Source of the DNA: Eledone cirrhosa
Taxonomy: Eukaryota
Direction of reading: 5' to 3'
DNA length: 64,000 bases
Assembly (NCBI GenBank): GCA_964016885.1
Contig: OZ024743.1
Span: 71,672,001-71,736,000, forward strand
Made by a program: the position numbers and the translations under genes. The notes below the pieces were generated by a model, which was not told the origin of the DNA, ran no database searches, and worked only from the letters and a program-made list of their open reading frames with translations. Shown here in pieces: positions 12,786 to 25,477 of the stretch; the stretch's first letter is position 1, and each line of letters begins with the position of its first letter.

Positions 12786-14136
12786 ACTCGACTTTCCTCT
12801 TCCCTTTGAATAAGAAATAATTAAATGTTGAATCAGCCTAATGACATATACATTTGCACTGGTCATCATCGAGACCTCAGGCGTCCTAGACCACTGACAG
12901 CTGACCTTCGTAAAATTGATCGATAGCAGCTCGTCTGAGGAAGGAGTCCCGCGAGGCGTGTGACTGTTGCAGTGGTTGTCGTTCGTCATTGTCCGCAGGG
13001 TGGATCCGAATCATCGGTTTGTCCTAGGTGTAAAGTCTGACCAGCTTCTTTCCTTCCACCGTTCTTCCTTTGTCTAGTAGTCCTTGTTCTCCCACCCTTT
13101 CATTTTTGGTATTTATAGTTCTTCCCAATATTACTTTTTCTGTATATTTAACCAATTTATAGTTATATCAACTATAAATTTTCTATGAAATGCAAAATTA
13201 ATGTCTGATTATTTTCATCTGAATATATTTCAGAACGGACTCCATTTCTATAGCTATATTTAGTAATTCTTATACTTGAAAATGTGCTTTTAATTCAAGT
13301 CAGTGGGTTTTCATATGTAAATAACCCAGTCTTGAGGTCTGTAACATTTTAAAATAAGAGTTCACATATCATTAACTGTTTACAAAATATGTTTAAAACT
13401 TTCTGTCTGAATGGTGAGAGAGAAACCAATTTGTGTTCCTGTTATCAGATATTCCACTCTTCTTAATAGATGACCAATAAAAGCTATGAAGTACGTATCA
13501 ATGAAAGAGGTTTCGTACATATCTAAGATCTGCGAAGTCATTTCGACCGTAACTCTTCATATAAGCCTTTGTAAATAACTTTGATGATATTAGCAATATC
13601 TGTACTAATATATGCTTTTTATAAATAATTCAGAATTTAGAGATTTCACCACAGTAACAGTACCAATACCGTATAGTGGAATAGTACTTAAATGCATTGC
13701 AGTCATCGCAAGCATGTTCCCGACAGATATCATTTGATTCAGCTAATTACAAACCAAAATTGCTCCCATATATACCACCATCATGTCATCCTCAAAATGA
13801 CCCCTGATTTTATTCTATGCCTATTCTGTAGATTTGTGTATGTCTATTACGGTTTTAGTTTGAAATAGTTTTCGATGAGAAACAGAATAAAAATAACACT
13901 ATGTATGGAAAACCATAAGAATCACAAGCATAAAAGGTAATAGCCCTGACATATCATGCTAAAATACGCTGGGTAAAACATTACTTTGTTTTCTTTCATT
14001 TGTCACCATTTGCCATTCATAATTTTCTTCAGCATTGTAACGGTTTTAGAAAAAAATATCACTCTTATTTTTACATACCTCAACGATTCGTATTAACCAC
14101 ACTACTCTCTCTCTGCCTCTCTCGCTCTCTCTCTCG

Positions 14137-14191
<55 letters not shown>

Positions 14192-14280
14192 ACTCACTCA
14201 CTCACTCATTCTCTCTCTCTCTCTCTCTCTCCCTCACGCACACACACAGACACACACACACATATATACATATATATATA

Positions 14281-14750
14281 ATAATGAAATGACAGGAGGC
14301 TGGATTTGTGTAAATCCTTGAAAGGTTTATTATACTATGATCATTTCAATGACCGGGTTCCGTATGAATCCGGTGATATCATCAGGTATTCGAAATATAA
14401 TACGTGAATGTAATAGGTAAAATCCGGTCGCCCTCGGGTCTCGATTTTCAGCCCCATGGATTTTACCTATTACATTCACGTATTATATTTCGAATACCTG
14501 ATGATATCACCGGATTCATACGGAACCCGGTCATTGAAATGATCATAGTATAATAAACCTTTCAAGGATTTACACAAATCCAGCCTCCTGTCATTTCATT
14601 ATAATATTTAACTCCGTAATAGCACCACCAACTACAAAAACAAAGACGGTTAAACTGCTTTACGTTGAGTACTCTCTATATTATTGCATTACGATTGACC
14701 ATACGGAATAGACCAGCTCTATACAGTGGTGAACCTCAAACCTGAATACA
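14281..14750 (+). mobile_element. Short PLE 3'-end remnant with a 145-bp inverted repeat (14281-14425 / 14458-14602)
   Basis: Perfect inverted arms with a 32-bp spacer; flanked by (TA)n; one HHR in each arm. Confidence 0.7.
14494..14551 (+). ncRNA. Minimal type I hammerhead (mirror copy on - at 14332-14389)
   Basis: ATAC-CTGATGA-(ACCGG..CCGGT stem II)-GAAA-TGATCA-TA-GTAT; palindromic stem III. Confidence 0.7.
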
Positions 14751-16196
14751 TATATATATATATATATAAGGAAAAAAGATGAAATCGAAAATGCAACTGG
14801 AGTCTTTCTTTAAAAAAATATATATATTTATTTGGTTCTTTTACCGGTTTCGCAGTTCTTCTGCTTTTCAAAAGTAGAGTTGCGATGGAGGGTCTGTGGT
14901 TTTTCTCACATCTAATTGGTCTTTGAATGTTACTTGTTTTATATGGAAAAAAGTGGCTCGAAATGCCAGGTTTTTAGAGAAGTAATTTGATTGGTTGGTT
15001 AATAAGTATAATACATTTCGCGCCAGTTCGCGTTACAAAGTTCTTCAAACAAGGGGAGGGGGGGGGGGGGGGGGCTCAGGTTGTTTTTTTCATATATGAG
15101 TGAAGTTTGGTTGGTTGATGCAGTCACGTGAATAAGCACATCAGCTTTCATGCCAGTTTGTGTTTGAATTTCTTTTTACTTAAAAAAAGGGGACCACGAA
15201 GGCATTTAAAAAAAATGTCATTTGATTGGTTATACATGAAATTAGGACTGTCACGTGAACAAGTTCATTAAATTTCACACCAGTATTTGGGAATTTATTT
15301 CGTAGCCTTTTAGAGAATTTTGTGCCAAACAAAAGATAATGGTCAAGAGAAATGGGATGGGGGGAATTTGTTCTGGTTCAGTGAATATGGCTGGTTTGCT
15401 GGGGTGTCAGAATTCAGATTTCTATTGAAATAAAGAAAGTAGAGATATGTATGTTTATTTGTGTGCTTGTGTGTGTGTAGGTAGATGATTCTATTAGTAT
15501 AAACAGGGGAGGGAGATGTGTGTGTCTGTATGGCTGTTATGTGAGTGTATGTATGTGTGGTGGGAGTATGGTTAGCATGTTAAGTTGGAGAGAATATATA
15601 TATTTTGTGTGTGTGTGTATGTGTGTGTGGGGTATGATTAGCATGTTAAGATGGAGAGAATATATATATATATTTGTGTGTATGTGTGTGTGTGTAGGAA
15701 AATGATTCCGTTAGTAGAAATGGGGGAGGGAGTTATGTGTGTGTAGGGTGTGTGGTTAGCATGTTAAGGTGTTAGAGTATTAACGTATGTTAAGTTCTGG
15801 TTTTTATTTTCTAAAGTAGGTGTTATGTGTTTGTGTATGTATGTGTCTGTTTGGATGGTTAGCATGTTATGGTGTTGACATAATGTATATTAAACTATAT
15901 TTAATGCTGGTCTATATTTTTGAATAAACATATTTTCCTTATTTATTCGTATTTGTTCTGTTGTATTGTCAGCGCAAAGATAAAATGGGAAGACTTGGAA
16001 TTTTGGTGTCTTATTACTTGCGCATATGTCTAGATGTGCACTTAGTGGTATCTGTCTCGTGGTTGGATCTCGTAATTGTTGGCGATGAACTATCATCTTT
16101 TTCCTTATACTTTCACTCGTGTAGGAGACCTCGGTTATTTTTCATTTTGTAAAAAAAACCTCACTTTCTAATACATACCCGCCACACGAAGACCGA

Positions 16197-19100
16197 ATGT
16201 GCCACCAAAGTCTAAAAAAAACGACAACTCACTGAACCAGGACATCTTAAATGAACTCAATTTTGACCAACAAAGTGGACCAAATACATATCTATAAAAA
16301 AGGACCCCACGAAGAAACAGAAAATACCCAAGAAACGAATATTACTCCAGCATTAACTAACCTAATCAAAACCATTGAAACAGCAATGCTCCAAAAGCTG
16401 GAACAACCATTAGAACCTAATCTACAAGATGTCCACTCAGTGAAAAAACACCCTAATCAATATATGGACTCAGAACCCCACAGCCCGCAAATTGGCCTTT
16501 TGGAATCTCATAAAAAATAATGGCAAGGCAGACATATATGAAAAGTGGCTAAATTCTTCCCCAATCATCCTCCCCAAAAAACTCCAAATAAAACCCATCC
16601 CGAATGAACCAGGAAACCAACAAAAACTTATGGAAAAGATGGCGTTAGAAAAGTTTAAATAGAAATAGAACTGTTGCGGTTAAGAGCCAACTCCAACGAA
16701 GAAAAATTCAAGTCACTCGACCAACAGGTGGAAACAGAAATCTCAAGGCACTCCGAAGGCCTACTCTATGAAAAAACCTTAAAACTTTGGCAAGAAAATT
16801 TTGAGGATGAAGAATTAACATCCCTCCAGCGATGGGGAAAAAACGCCACCTGGTTCAACAACTACGAAATGGATTTCAAAAATGAACAACATTCAGGTAA
16901 CCCAATTTTAAAACAAACTAAAACTCACACACCACACGCACAACAAATAACAAAATAAGTAACAAAACGTCCAACATAGCCCCAGCAAAACTATGACGAT
17001 ATTCCCAGAACCCATAGAGAAAACTATAACCCTACTAACAAAAACCGAAGATCCCCAAACACAAGACAGAACCCGATCAGCAGATCACAACCCACAAAAC
17101 CTATTCCAAAACCGTAGACCCCAACCCACACAGAACCTGTCCCCAAATCGTAGATCCCAACCCACACAAAGGAACAACATCTACAACCCGGACTATCAAC
17201 AAACCGAACCTCAATACGTCCGAAATTTCTATACAAGACCACACAAAACAGGGGAAATGCCATTAGATATAATAATACCCATGAAAAAACAATTCAGAAA
17301 AATCATTTTTTAGACCAAGGCCACACCCGGTGGCACAAACCGATTTTGAAAAACCGAAAATAATCAACATTTCAAATCTCGGCCCAACAAATTAAAATTC
17401 TCTCCAAAGGACTGAAATTCACATCAACACCACAATACTCTAACCTCAATGAGATAAATGACGATATTTCACACTTCTGTAGAAAATAACGTCTCACAGA
17501 GGAATCTTTTGACAAGGAGAATAACGACCAATCAATTGTACGGAATAAAAGCAGCTACAACCCAACAAAAGGTAGAAACAGAGTTCTGGACACATTTTGT
17601 GACCACATAGCAACTTTTCCATACCATGAACTACCGCAACCTAAACCCAAACCCAACACGAGTCGAATAGAATGGGAGATTATCTATGAACTAAAAAACA
17701 ATACGGACATTATAATTAAGGAAGCGGACAAGGGAAGGACTGTCGTCATTATGGATGCTGAACAATATAAAAATTCTATGTTCTCTCTCTTACAAAATAC
17801 TAACTACTATGAAAGAGTAAAAAAACTACCAGCAATCAAAAACGATGACCAGATTAAACAAAGTCATTTGTCGATACCAGGAAGACTTAACTAAAAAGGA
17901 ACGCGATTATTTACCTCAATTTTAATAAAAAACGAGCAATCTTTACGGACTTCCGAAGATCCACAAATGTAAAATAATCAATGATGCCTGTAACCAATCC
18001 ATCTCAACCTGCGTGAACACACAGACCTTAATCCCACAGACCTTAAATTAAGACCAATTGTAGCGGACCCACAATGTGAAACACACAGACTAAGCAACTT
18101 TATAGACATACTACAAAAACCAATTCTCAAACACATACCAAGCCTTGTAAGTGACGATCTGGACCTCTTAAACCACCTCCCAAACATGTCAACAACGACA
18201 CTATTATTGTGTCTTTCGATATAGTGAATATCTACACAACGATCCCACAACAATACGGACTAGAAGCAATAGGATTCTGGCTAGAGAAATATCCCAATGA
18301 AATACCTGACAGAATACAAAAAAAGCTTCATCACCGAAGGATTAAAATTTATTTTACAGAACAATTTTTTTATTTCGATGGCAGTACTTACAAGCAAATA
18401 TCGGAGACTGCGATGGGTACAAAAGCCGCTCCAACCTATGCCAACTTCGTCATGGACTAGTTGGAAGTCCAGATATATGAACAGTCCAAATCGAAATACG
18501 GATTGAACTTCCACAAATATTTATCAGAGAATTGGAAACGCTACTTGGATGATTATCTCATTCTTTGGGCCCACACACTCGACCAACTAAATGATTTCAA
18601 AAATTTAATTAACGGCATCAATAACCACATCCAATTCACAATGGAATACAGCCAATATAAACTCCCATTTCTGGACATCTTAATCTTAAAAGGAGACACA
18701 AATATTGAAACTGACATACACTACAAACCAACAGATTCCAAACAATACCTGCTATTCACCTCAAACCATCCAAAGCACGCGAAGAAGAACATTCCTTTTA
18801 ACCTAGCAAGAAGAATTTGCACAATTGTCTCCAATTATGAAACGCGAAATAAAAGACCTCAAGAATTAAATGAAATTCTTTTCAAAAGACAGTACCCACC
18901 ATTTCTAACAGATAATGGAATAGAAACGGCTAAACCAATAGGCATTGATGAATTACGAAAACAGAAACAAATTCAAGGTACGTCCAATATTCTATCATAT
19001 ATCTCAACACACAACCCAAGAAATGCGGAAGCTTACAACACTATTCACAAGAACATCCCAGTATTGAAACAAGACACAATAATGAGAAAAGCCCTTGAAA

Positions 19101-19596
19101 CATACAAAATAATCAAAAGTAAACCGAAATCACACCGAAGACAACATTATTCACCAATGCCAAATTACCTACCACAAACCCACAACCAACTGTCAAAAAA
19201 CGTGGTCGCTCTAATTGTGGAACCTGCACTCACCTCATTGAGGGCAACACGTATACATTTCAATCAGGACAAAATTTTGCTGTAAAAAATCACTTCACTT
19301 GCTCATCAAAAAATCTACTTTATGCCATTAAATGTAAAGGATATAATGAAGATTATATAGGACAAACTAAACTCACACTCAGAAACAGAATGACAGTTCA
19401 TCGCCAACAATTACGAGATCCAACCACGAGACAGATACCACTAAGTGCATATCTAGGCATATGCGCAAGTAATAAGACACCCAAATTCCAAGTATTCCCA
19501 TCTTACATTTGCGCTGACAATACAACAGAACAAATACGAATAAATAGGGAAAATATGTTTATTCAAAATTATAGACCAGCATTAAATATAGTTTAA
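16197..19596 (+). pseudogene. PLE RT + GIY-YIG polyprotein, disrupted by frameshifts and stops
   Basis: KEADKG, YGLPKIHK, LRPIV, SFDIVNIYTTIP, TAMGTKAAPTYAN, WKRYLDD, LPFLD, Cys linker GRSNCGTC, NLLYAIKC..YIGQT..LRNRMTVHRQQ. Confidence 0.9.
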
Positions 19597-20633
19597 TATA
19601 TATTATGTCAACACCATAACATGCTAACCATCCAAACAGACACATACATACACACACACATAACACCTACTTTAGAAAATAAAAACCAGAACTAAATAAA
19701 GCTTAACATACGTTAATACTCTAACACCTTAACATGCTAACCACACCCCTACACACACATATAACGCCCTCCGCCATTTCTACTAACGGAATAATTTTCC
19801 TACACACACACACACAAATATATATATATTCTCACCATCTTAACATGCTAACCATACTCCCACACACGCATACACACACACACACATAACTCCCTCCCCC
19901 ATTTATACTAATAGAATCACTTTCCTACACACACACATAAAATATATATATTCTCTCCATCTTAACATGCTAACCATACTTCCACACACTCATACACACA
20001 CACAACTCCCTCCCCCATTTCTACTAATAGAATCATCTTCCTACACACACACACACACACACACACAGATGTACACAAATAAACATACATATCTCTACTC
20101 TCTTTATTTCAATAGAAAGTCTGAATTCTGACACCCCAGCGAACCAGCCATATTTACTGAACCAGAACAATTCTCACGCATCCCATTTCTCTTGACCATT
20201 ATCTTTTGTGTGGCACAATCTTCTCTAAAAGGCTACAAAATAAATTCCAAAATACGGGCGCGAAATTTAATGAACTTGTTCACGTGACAGTCATAATTTC
20301 ATTTATAACCAATCAAATGACATTTTTAAAAAAGCTCTCGTGAGCGACTTTTTTTTTAAGTAAAAAGAAATTCAAACACAAACTGGCGTGACTGCATTAA
20401 ACACCCAAACTTCACTCATATATGAAAAAACAACCTGAGCCACCACCTCCTACTCTGTGTTTGAAGAACTTTGTAACGCGAACTAGCGCGAAATGTATTA
20501 TACTTATTAACCAACCAATCAAATTACTTCTCTAAAAACGTGGCATTTCGAGCCACTTTTTCCATATGAAACAAGTAACATTTAAAAACCAACGAGATGT
20601 GAAAAAAATCACAGATCCCCCATCTCAACTCTA

Positions 20634-20669
20634 CTTTTGAAAAGCAGAAGAACTGCGAAACCTGTAAAG
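20634..20669 (+). ncRNA. Minimal U3-A8 hammerhead of the Neptune-type PLE (copies at 14838-14874 -, 32323-32360 -, 32420-32457 +)
   Basis: Best copy (32420): CCTT-TTGAAAA-GCAG AAGAA CTGC-GAAA-CCGG-TA-AAGG; this copy has CCTG in stem III. Confidence 0.65.
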
Positions 20670-20797
20670 GAACTAAATAAATACATATAATTAAAAAAAG
20701 AAGATTCCAGTCGCATTTTCGATTTCATCTTTTTTCCTCATACTTTCACTCGTGTAGGACACCTCGGTTATTTTTTATTTTGTAAAAAAAAACTCAC

Positions 20798-20853
<56 letters not shown>

Positions 20854-20949
20854 ATGTGTATATATATAAAACACCAACAATTACTTGGTCAGCCGGCCTC
20901 TGAAACAGTTCTAGTCCTGTAGAAGCTCTTCTATACTAACAGATATATA

Positions 20950-23900
20950 TATATGCCATGATATTAAATAAATGGAAATTATATTTATAAAACCATATTT
21001 ATTTTATTATATATATTTCAAGGGCAACCAAGACAACATTGGTGTGCTTTCATCAGATAAAATACAAAGTCTGTTTTATAAATAAAGACGTACCCTTTAA
21101 AAACAAAACTTATCGGTTGGAAATTCACTGGATAGTGGAAACATATAAAGGATTAATCAAACTTATGTGTGAATATGCAAATGAATGTGTAAATAATTGA
21201 AAAAACAACCGTTTATTTAAATGGCACTGGAGAAAGATGGGGAAGAAAGAGAGAGAGAAGAAAAAGAGTGAGAGGAAAAGATATTAATATTACGAGATAG
21301 ATAGATAGAAGAAATTTACAAGAGGAGGAATAGAACTCATGTAACGTAAATATGGGGAATAAATTTTAAGTTTATATCTACTAATGGTACGTATATTTAC
21401 TATTATTTAGTTGTTAGAATTCTTTTCTAATATAATATTTAGTGTTATAAGTAGATAGAAAAAAAACTATATATAAAAATTAGATAGAAACATATATGGA
21501 AAAATAAATAGATAGAAAAAATAGATAGAAAAATAAGTAGAAATATATAGAGAAATAATTAGAAAAATAAAAGAATAATCAATAAATAGATAAATAGATA
21601 AATAGATATATAAATAGATATATGGGTATATCGTGTTTTAGATAATTGTTTTTATGAGTTATGAGGGATATTGGTTTATATTTAATGTAAGTAATTAAGT
21701 TAACTGTGTTAATAAGAATATTTATATTTATATATTTTAAATATTTTAAATTGGGAAGATACGGAAAAAACTCCAGTTTTGTTTATTTATTAGTTAGTAT
21801 GAGACCATTTTGTCAAAATAATTTTAAATGTTAAAGATATAAATGTTGAAAGATATATTTAGCCTCAATTAGTTAGTGGTTATAAATCTGATAAAAGATA
21901 TTAAAAAAATTTATTAAAAAATATTTAAAAACATTAAAAATTCGGGAAAATTAAAAAGATTTTTTTAATTCTTAAAAAATAAAAAAAAATTTTTAGAAAA
22001 TTAAAAAAAAATTTTTAAAAACCTTTAAAAAATATTTTATAAGAGATAAGAACATTTTTTTAAAATTAAGTAATTTTTTTAAAATAAGTAATTTTTTAAA
22101 TATATGAAATATTAAAGAAGTAAACACTGAGAAAGTATATGAAGTAAAAAATAAAAATAAAAGATAAAGAATTAAAAAACCTTTAAAAATATTAAAATTA
22201 AAGTTAAAATTAAAAATTTAGGATCATATATGTATGGATAGGATTGTAATAGGAATAAGTAGAAATATTATAAGAGTAATTATAATTTATATATAGTTCT
22301 AACGTTGAATTTAGGCGATGTTTACAAGAACTAATTAAATTCGTTCTTAGATTAATAGAGTTCTTACATTTAAGTATGAAGAAAATTTCCCCAACACACA
22401 ATTTGCAAAATCTAGATAAAGCTGTGTTTCGGTAGTCCGTATTTTTGGATTTTAAGTTCCATATCAGGTTTGATAGAGAAGTTGAAGATTTTTTATCAAG
22501 TTTATTGAACGAGCATTTGTGATTATTCCAACGAATTTTAAAGTCTGTAGAAGTTGAACCTACATAGTTAAATATATTATCACTGGTTTTGAATGTTCAT
22601 TTATAGACCACATCCTTATCTAAGCACTTATTTTTTAAACGACAGTTTGATTTAATTCTACAATTACATTTAGCGGAGTTGATGTTATTCGGAACGGTAC
22701 TATTACGTTGGATATTGCTAGAGATATTACTGCTATTTTGGTTATGGTTTAAATTTCTATTATTGATTCACTTTATATTTTGTGCTATGTCTATATTAGT
22801 AGAGTAAGATAGTTTTATTGTTTGCCTGTTAAAGATTGTGTGGTATCTATGGGCTTTAGGAAAACATTTACCTAGTGCTTTAAATAATAGCTTAGCTAAA
22901 GGTGTCTCAACGATTAATGAAAATGGAGTTGAATACCAAATTATATTTCTAGTTCTATTTCTTCTGTTAATTTTAGAGTTTAAGTTAGTTTTTTTTTAAT
23001 TGTAATTATAATTAATAGTAGGGTTATTTGCCTTATCACTGTTGTCGCTGTATTTAATCTTATTTATATAGCCTGCTCTATTTAAAGCTTCATTATAATA
23101 TTCTGCCTTATCGACAAACATGTTTTTATTAGCGGAGATTCATAAAACACGTTGTTGGATAGAATTAATAATAGTGTTCTTGATAGATCTAGGATGATTA
23201 GAGTTGAAGCTTACATAGTTTAGATTCTCATTTATTTTATGGAATGGATAGTAGAGCCTTGTGTTAAGGTTTAATGTTAGGGGGAAAAATTTAACAATTT
23301 TATAGTTATTCTCTATTTCTAACTTAAGATTGTAGCTATTGAAAATTGTATTATTGATTTTCTTTTTCTATTAATTTCACAATTACTATGATTTTCAATT
23401 AAAAGCAGCATATCATCACGATATAAACCACCGGTCATCTCCGATATTTTTCTATTTAGTGTATTATTAATAAATAACCCCATAAGATCCGTTATTTGCG
23501 CCGAGTCCGATGACCCCATGGTGATATCAAAATTATTTTTTCTATCAGCTCTAGTCCAAAGATGATTGTTGAATTCAATTAAAGTTTTCCGTGCGGTTAA
23601 AATGATATGCATTTCTTCGCTAGATAAATCAGTATGTTTAGATGCATAGCTATGGGCTTTATTAAGTAAATTAAGAGTAACGGAGGAGTAGTAATTTGCA
23701 ATATCCAATTGATGAATTTTTTGTTATGTTTAAAATTTTATGATATTGAACAAATCTATAACTTCATTAGTACAGTTCCATAGTTTTATGTAAGATATTT
23801 CTTTAAGTTGCGGTATGATTCTATCTAATATATGTTTACTAACTATGCCTAAGTCTGATTTAGATGGTGCTATAAGGTCTGTTTTTCTTTTTTGATTGGT

Positions 23901-24090
23901 CAAAGTGACATTATTGAAAAGATAGTGTTATTAAAAAAAGAGGGACAATTCTTTTTTGAAAAATATTTTATGAAGTATATAAAGTGTATGGAAAAAATAA
24001 AATATATATATATATATATGACTCGGAATTTGCGTTACGTTTCGCTTTTTTTACCCGTCGAAATACGATTCTCGCTGAATTTATACTGAT
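20950..24090 (-). mobile_element. Degenerate Hydra-like (YRDD) PLE: ORF remnant ~22300-23890, AT-rich 3'UTR and terminal HHR
   Basis: FDITMGSSDSAQITDLMGL, GGLYRDDML, C-terminal CVGE...NLRTNLISSCKH; homologous to 25478-27618. Confidence 0.85.
21001..21063 (-). ncRNA. Type I hammerhead (family also at 44839-44901 +, 48491-48553 -, 48704-48766 +, 63486-63544 +)
   Basis: ATTTTAT-CTGATGA-AAGCACACCAA..TTGGTTGCCCTT-GAAA-TATATA-TA-ATAAAAT. Confidence 0.75.
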
Positions 24091-24193
24091 ATATATATAT
24101 AACGAAGGAAATGTGGTAAGGAACCAGGTGGACCATAACGCACCAAAGTACTCAATACTTAGGGTAGTAGAGTGGGTAATAGGAACAAGTAAG

Positions 24194-24287
24194 ACCCCGA
24201 CGGCTGAGCTCAAGCCGTTTCGACGGCTAATTCTGGACTGAATGAAAATTTATTCTGGTATTTAAATAGCCGAGCTTATCAAGGGGT
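24194..24287 (-). ncRNA. U3-A8 variant hammerhead in the pseudo-LTR (copies at 27804-27897 and 30616-30709)
   Basis: ACCCC-TTGATAA-G CT CGGCTA...TAGCCG T C-GAAA-CGGCT TGAGCTC AGCCG-TC-GGGGT; GUC cleavage triplet. Confidence 0.8.
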
Positions 24288-25477
24288 AATTCCATATATG
24301 GTCAAAGAGATAATCACCAGGATTGGTCACATCACAAGTTAGTAGTAAATATGTGATGGCAAATTAGTGGGGGAAGGGGTAGCTAAACCTGCCGGTAGGA
24401 GAAAATGGGAGAGAGGGTGGAGTAGACCCATTCATGCGTTGGTAGTGCCGGCTAGAGCTGGGCGTGAGGTCAAAGAGGATACTGGGGAGGGGGATGGGGA
24501 GGAAGTCGAAACGGTAAGTAGAACAATGAAGGGTAAAACTATAAAAAGTACTGAGCATGAAAAAAAAAAAAAAGCTAAGTCTGGTTACTAAGACTTAAGT
24601 CTCTCGCTATTGCTAGGCTAAAGAAATACATAAATAAATAAACAAATAAATGAATAAAAGAATAGATAAATAAAAAAATATAATAAAGAATAAAAAAATA
24701 AATAATAATAATAAAAATAAATAGACTAGGTGGGACGGAAATAAAGGGACCCTTAGAAGAGGTAAAAGTGCGTGTATCGTACCGTGACGGGTCAACAAAA
24801 GGTGGGCCAAAATACTAAAGAGACTACCACGAAATAAAAAAGGTTTCAATCCTAATCACAGGGCCAGCAACCACCCAGTGCAAGAAAGTAAAGTAGTACG
24901 AGAATATAATTCAGGGTCCCGAAAAAAATACTAATGCTAACTCTAAGGGTACCGCCACGAAACAAAAAGTCTTATACAAGCTACATGAAAGATCGTACGA
25001 AGTAAAAGTAAAGAACGGAAAATTAATACAGGAACGCCGCCCCCCCCCCTCCAAAAAAAAAAGAAAAAGAAGAAAGAAATACTGGATAAACGAGAAATTA
25101 AAGCAAAGATGCCACTAAGAAATATAGAAGGCACGGAAAAAAGTCACAGCGGTCGGAGAAGGGGCAAGTATCCGAAGTCTAACACCTCTGCTATAAAAAG
25201 CGGAGTCAGCCAAATCTATCATAGAATAGGGAAGGGGGTGGGGGTGCTGAAGCTACAAGGGACCGAGGGGCTACCTCGGGTGGGCGAGAAAAAGACGACG
25301 ACAAAGAAAAGGAACTGGAGTAGAAGGACTAGGGAGGGATGGGGGGAAGAAGGAAATATAGAGGAAGCGATAAAAGAATGTAAAAGAAGATCTTACGTCT
25401 CCATTGGTAAGCAGGGGTTACCCATTACAAAATAGGCAAGTGGGGTGTTATAGCCCTAGTCTACCCCCCCCGGGTCA

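Larger units (their letters stand above)
14769..20806 (+). mobile_element. Neptune-type Penelope-like element with an inverted 3' copy (14769-16092), a short pseudo-LTR (16093-16173), ORF and 3'UTR
   Basis: 14769-16092 is the reverse complement of ~19390-20740; the terminal ...CACTTTCTAATA sequence occurs both before the ORF and at 20805; (TA)n flanks. Confidence 0.9.

Noticed and set aside
16197-19596. Selenocysteine read-through as in Naiad PLEs
   Set aside because: The endonuclease is C-terminal and the lesions are frameshifts and TAA/TAG, not in-frame TGA at Cys positions
24020-24090. Possible hammerhead on - (AATT-CAGCGA-G...C-GAAA-CGTAACG-CA-AATT), repeated at ~41968-42035
   Set aside because: No CUGANGA or compensatory core, and no U16.1; cannot be supported
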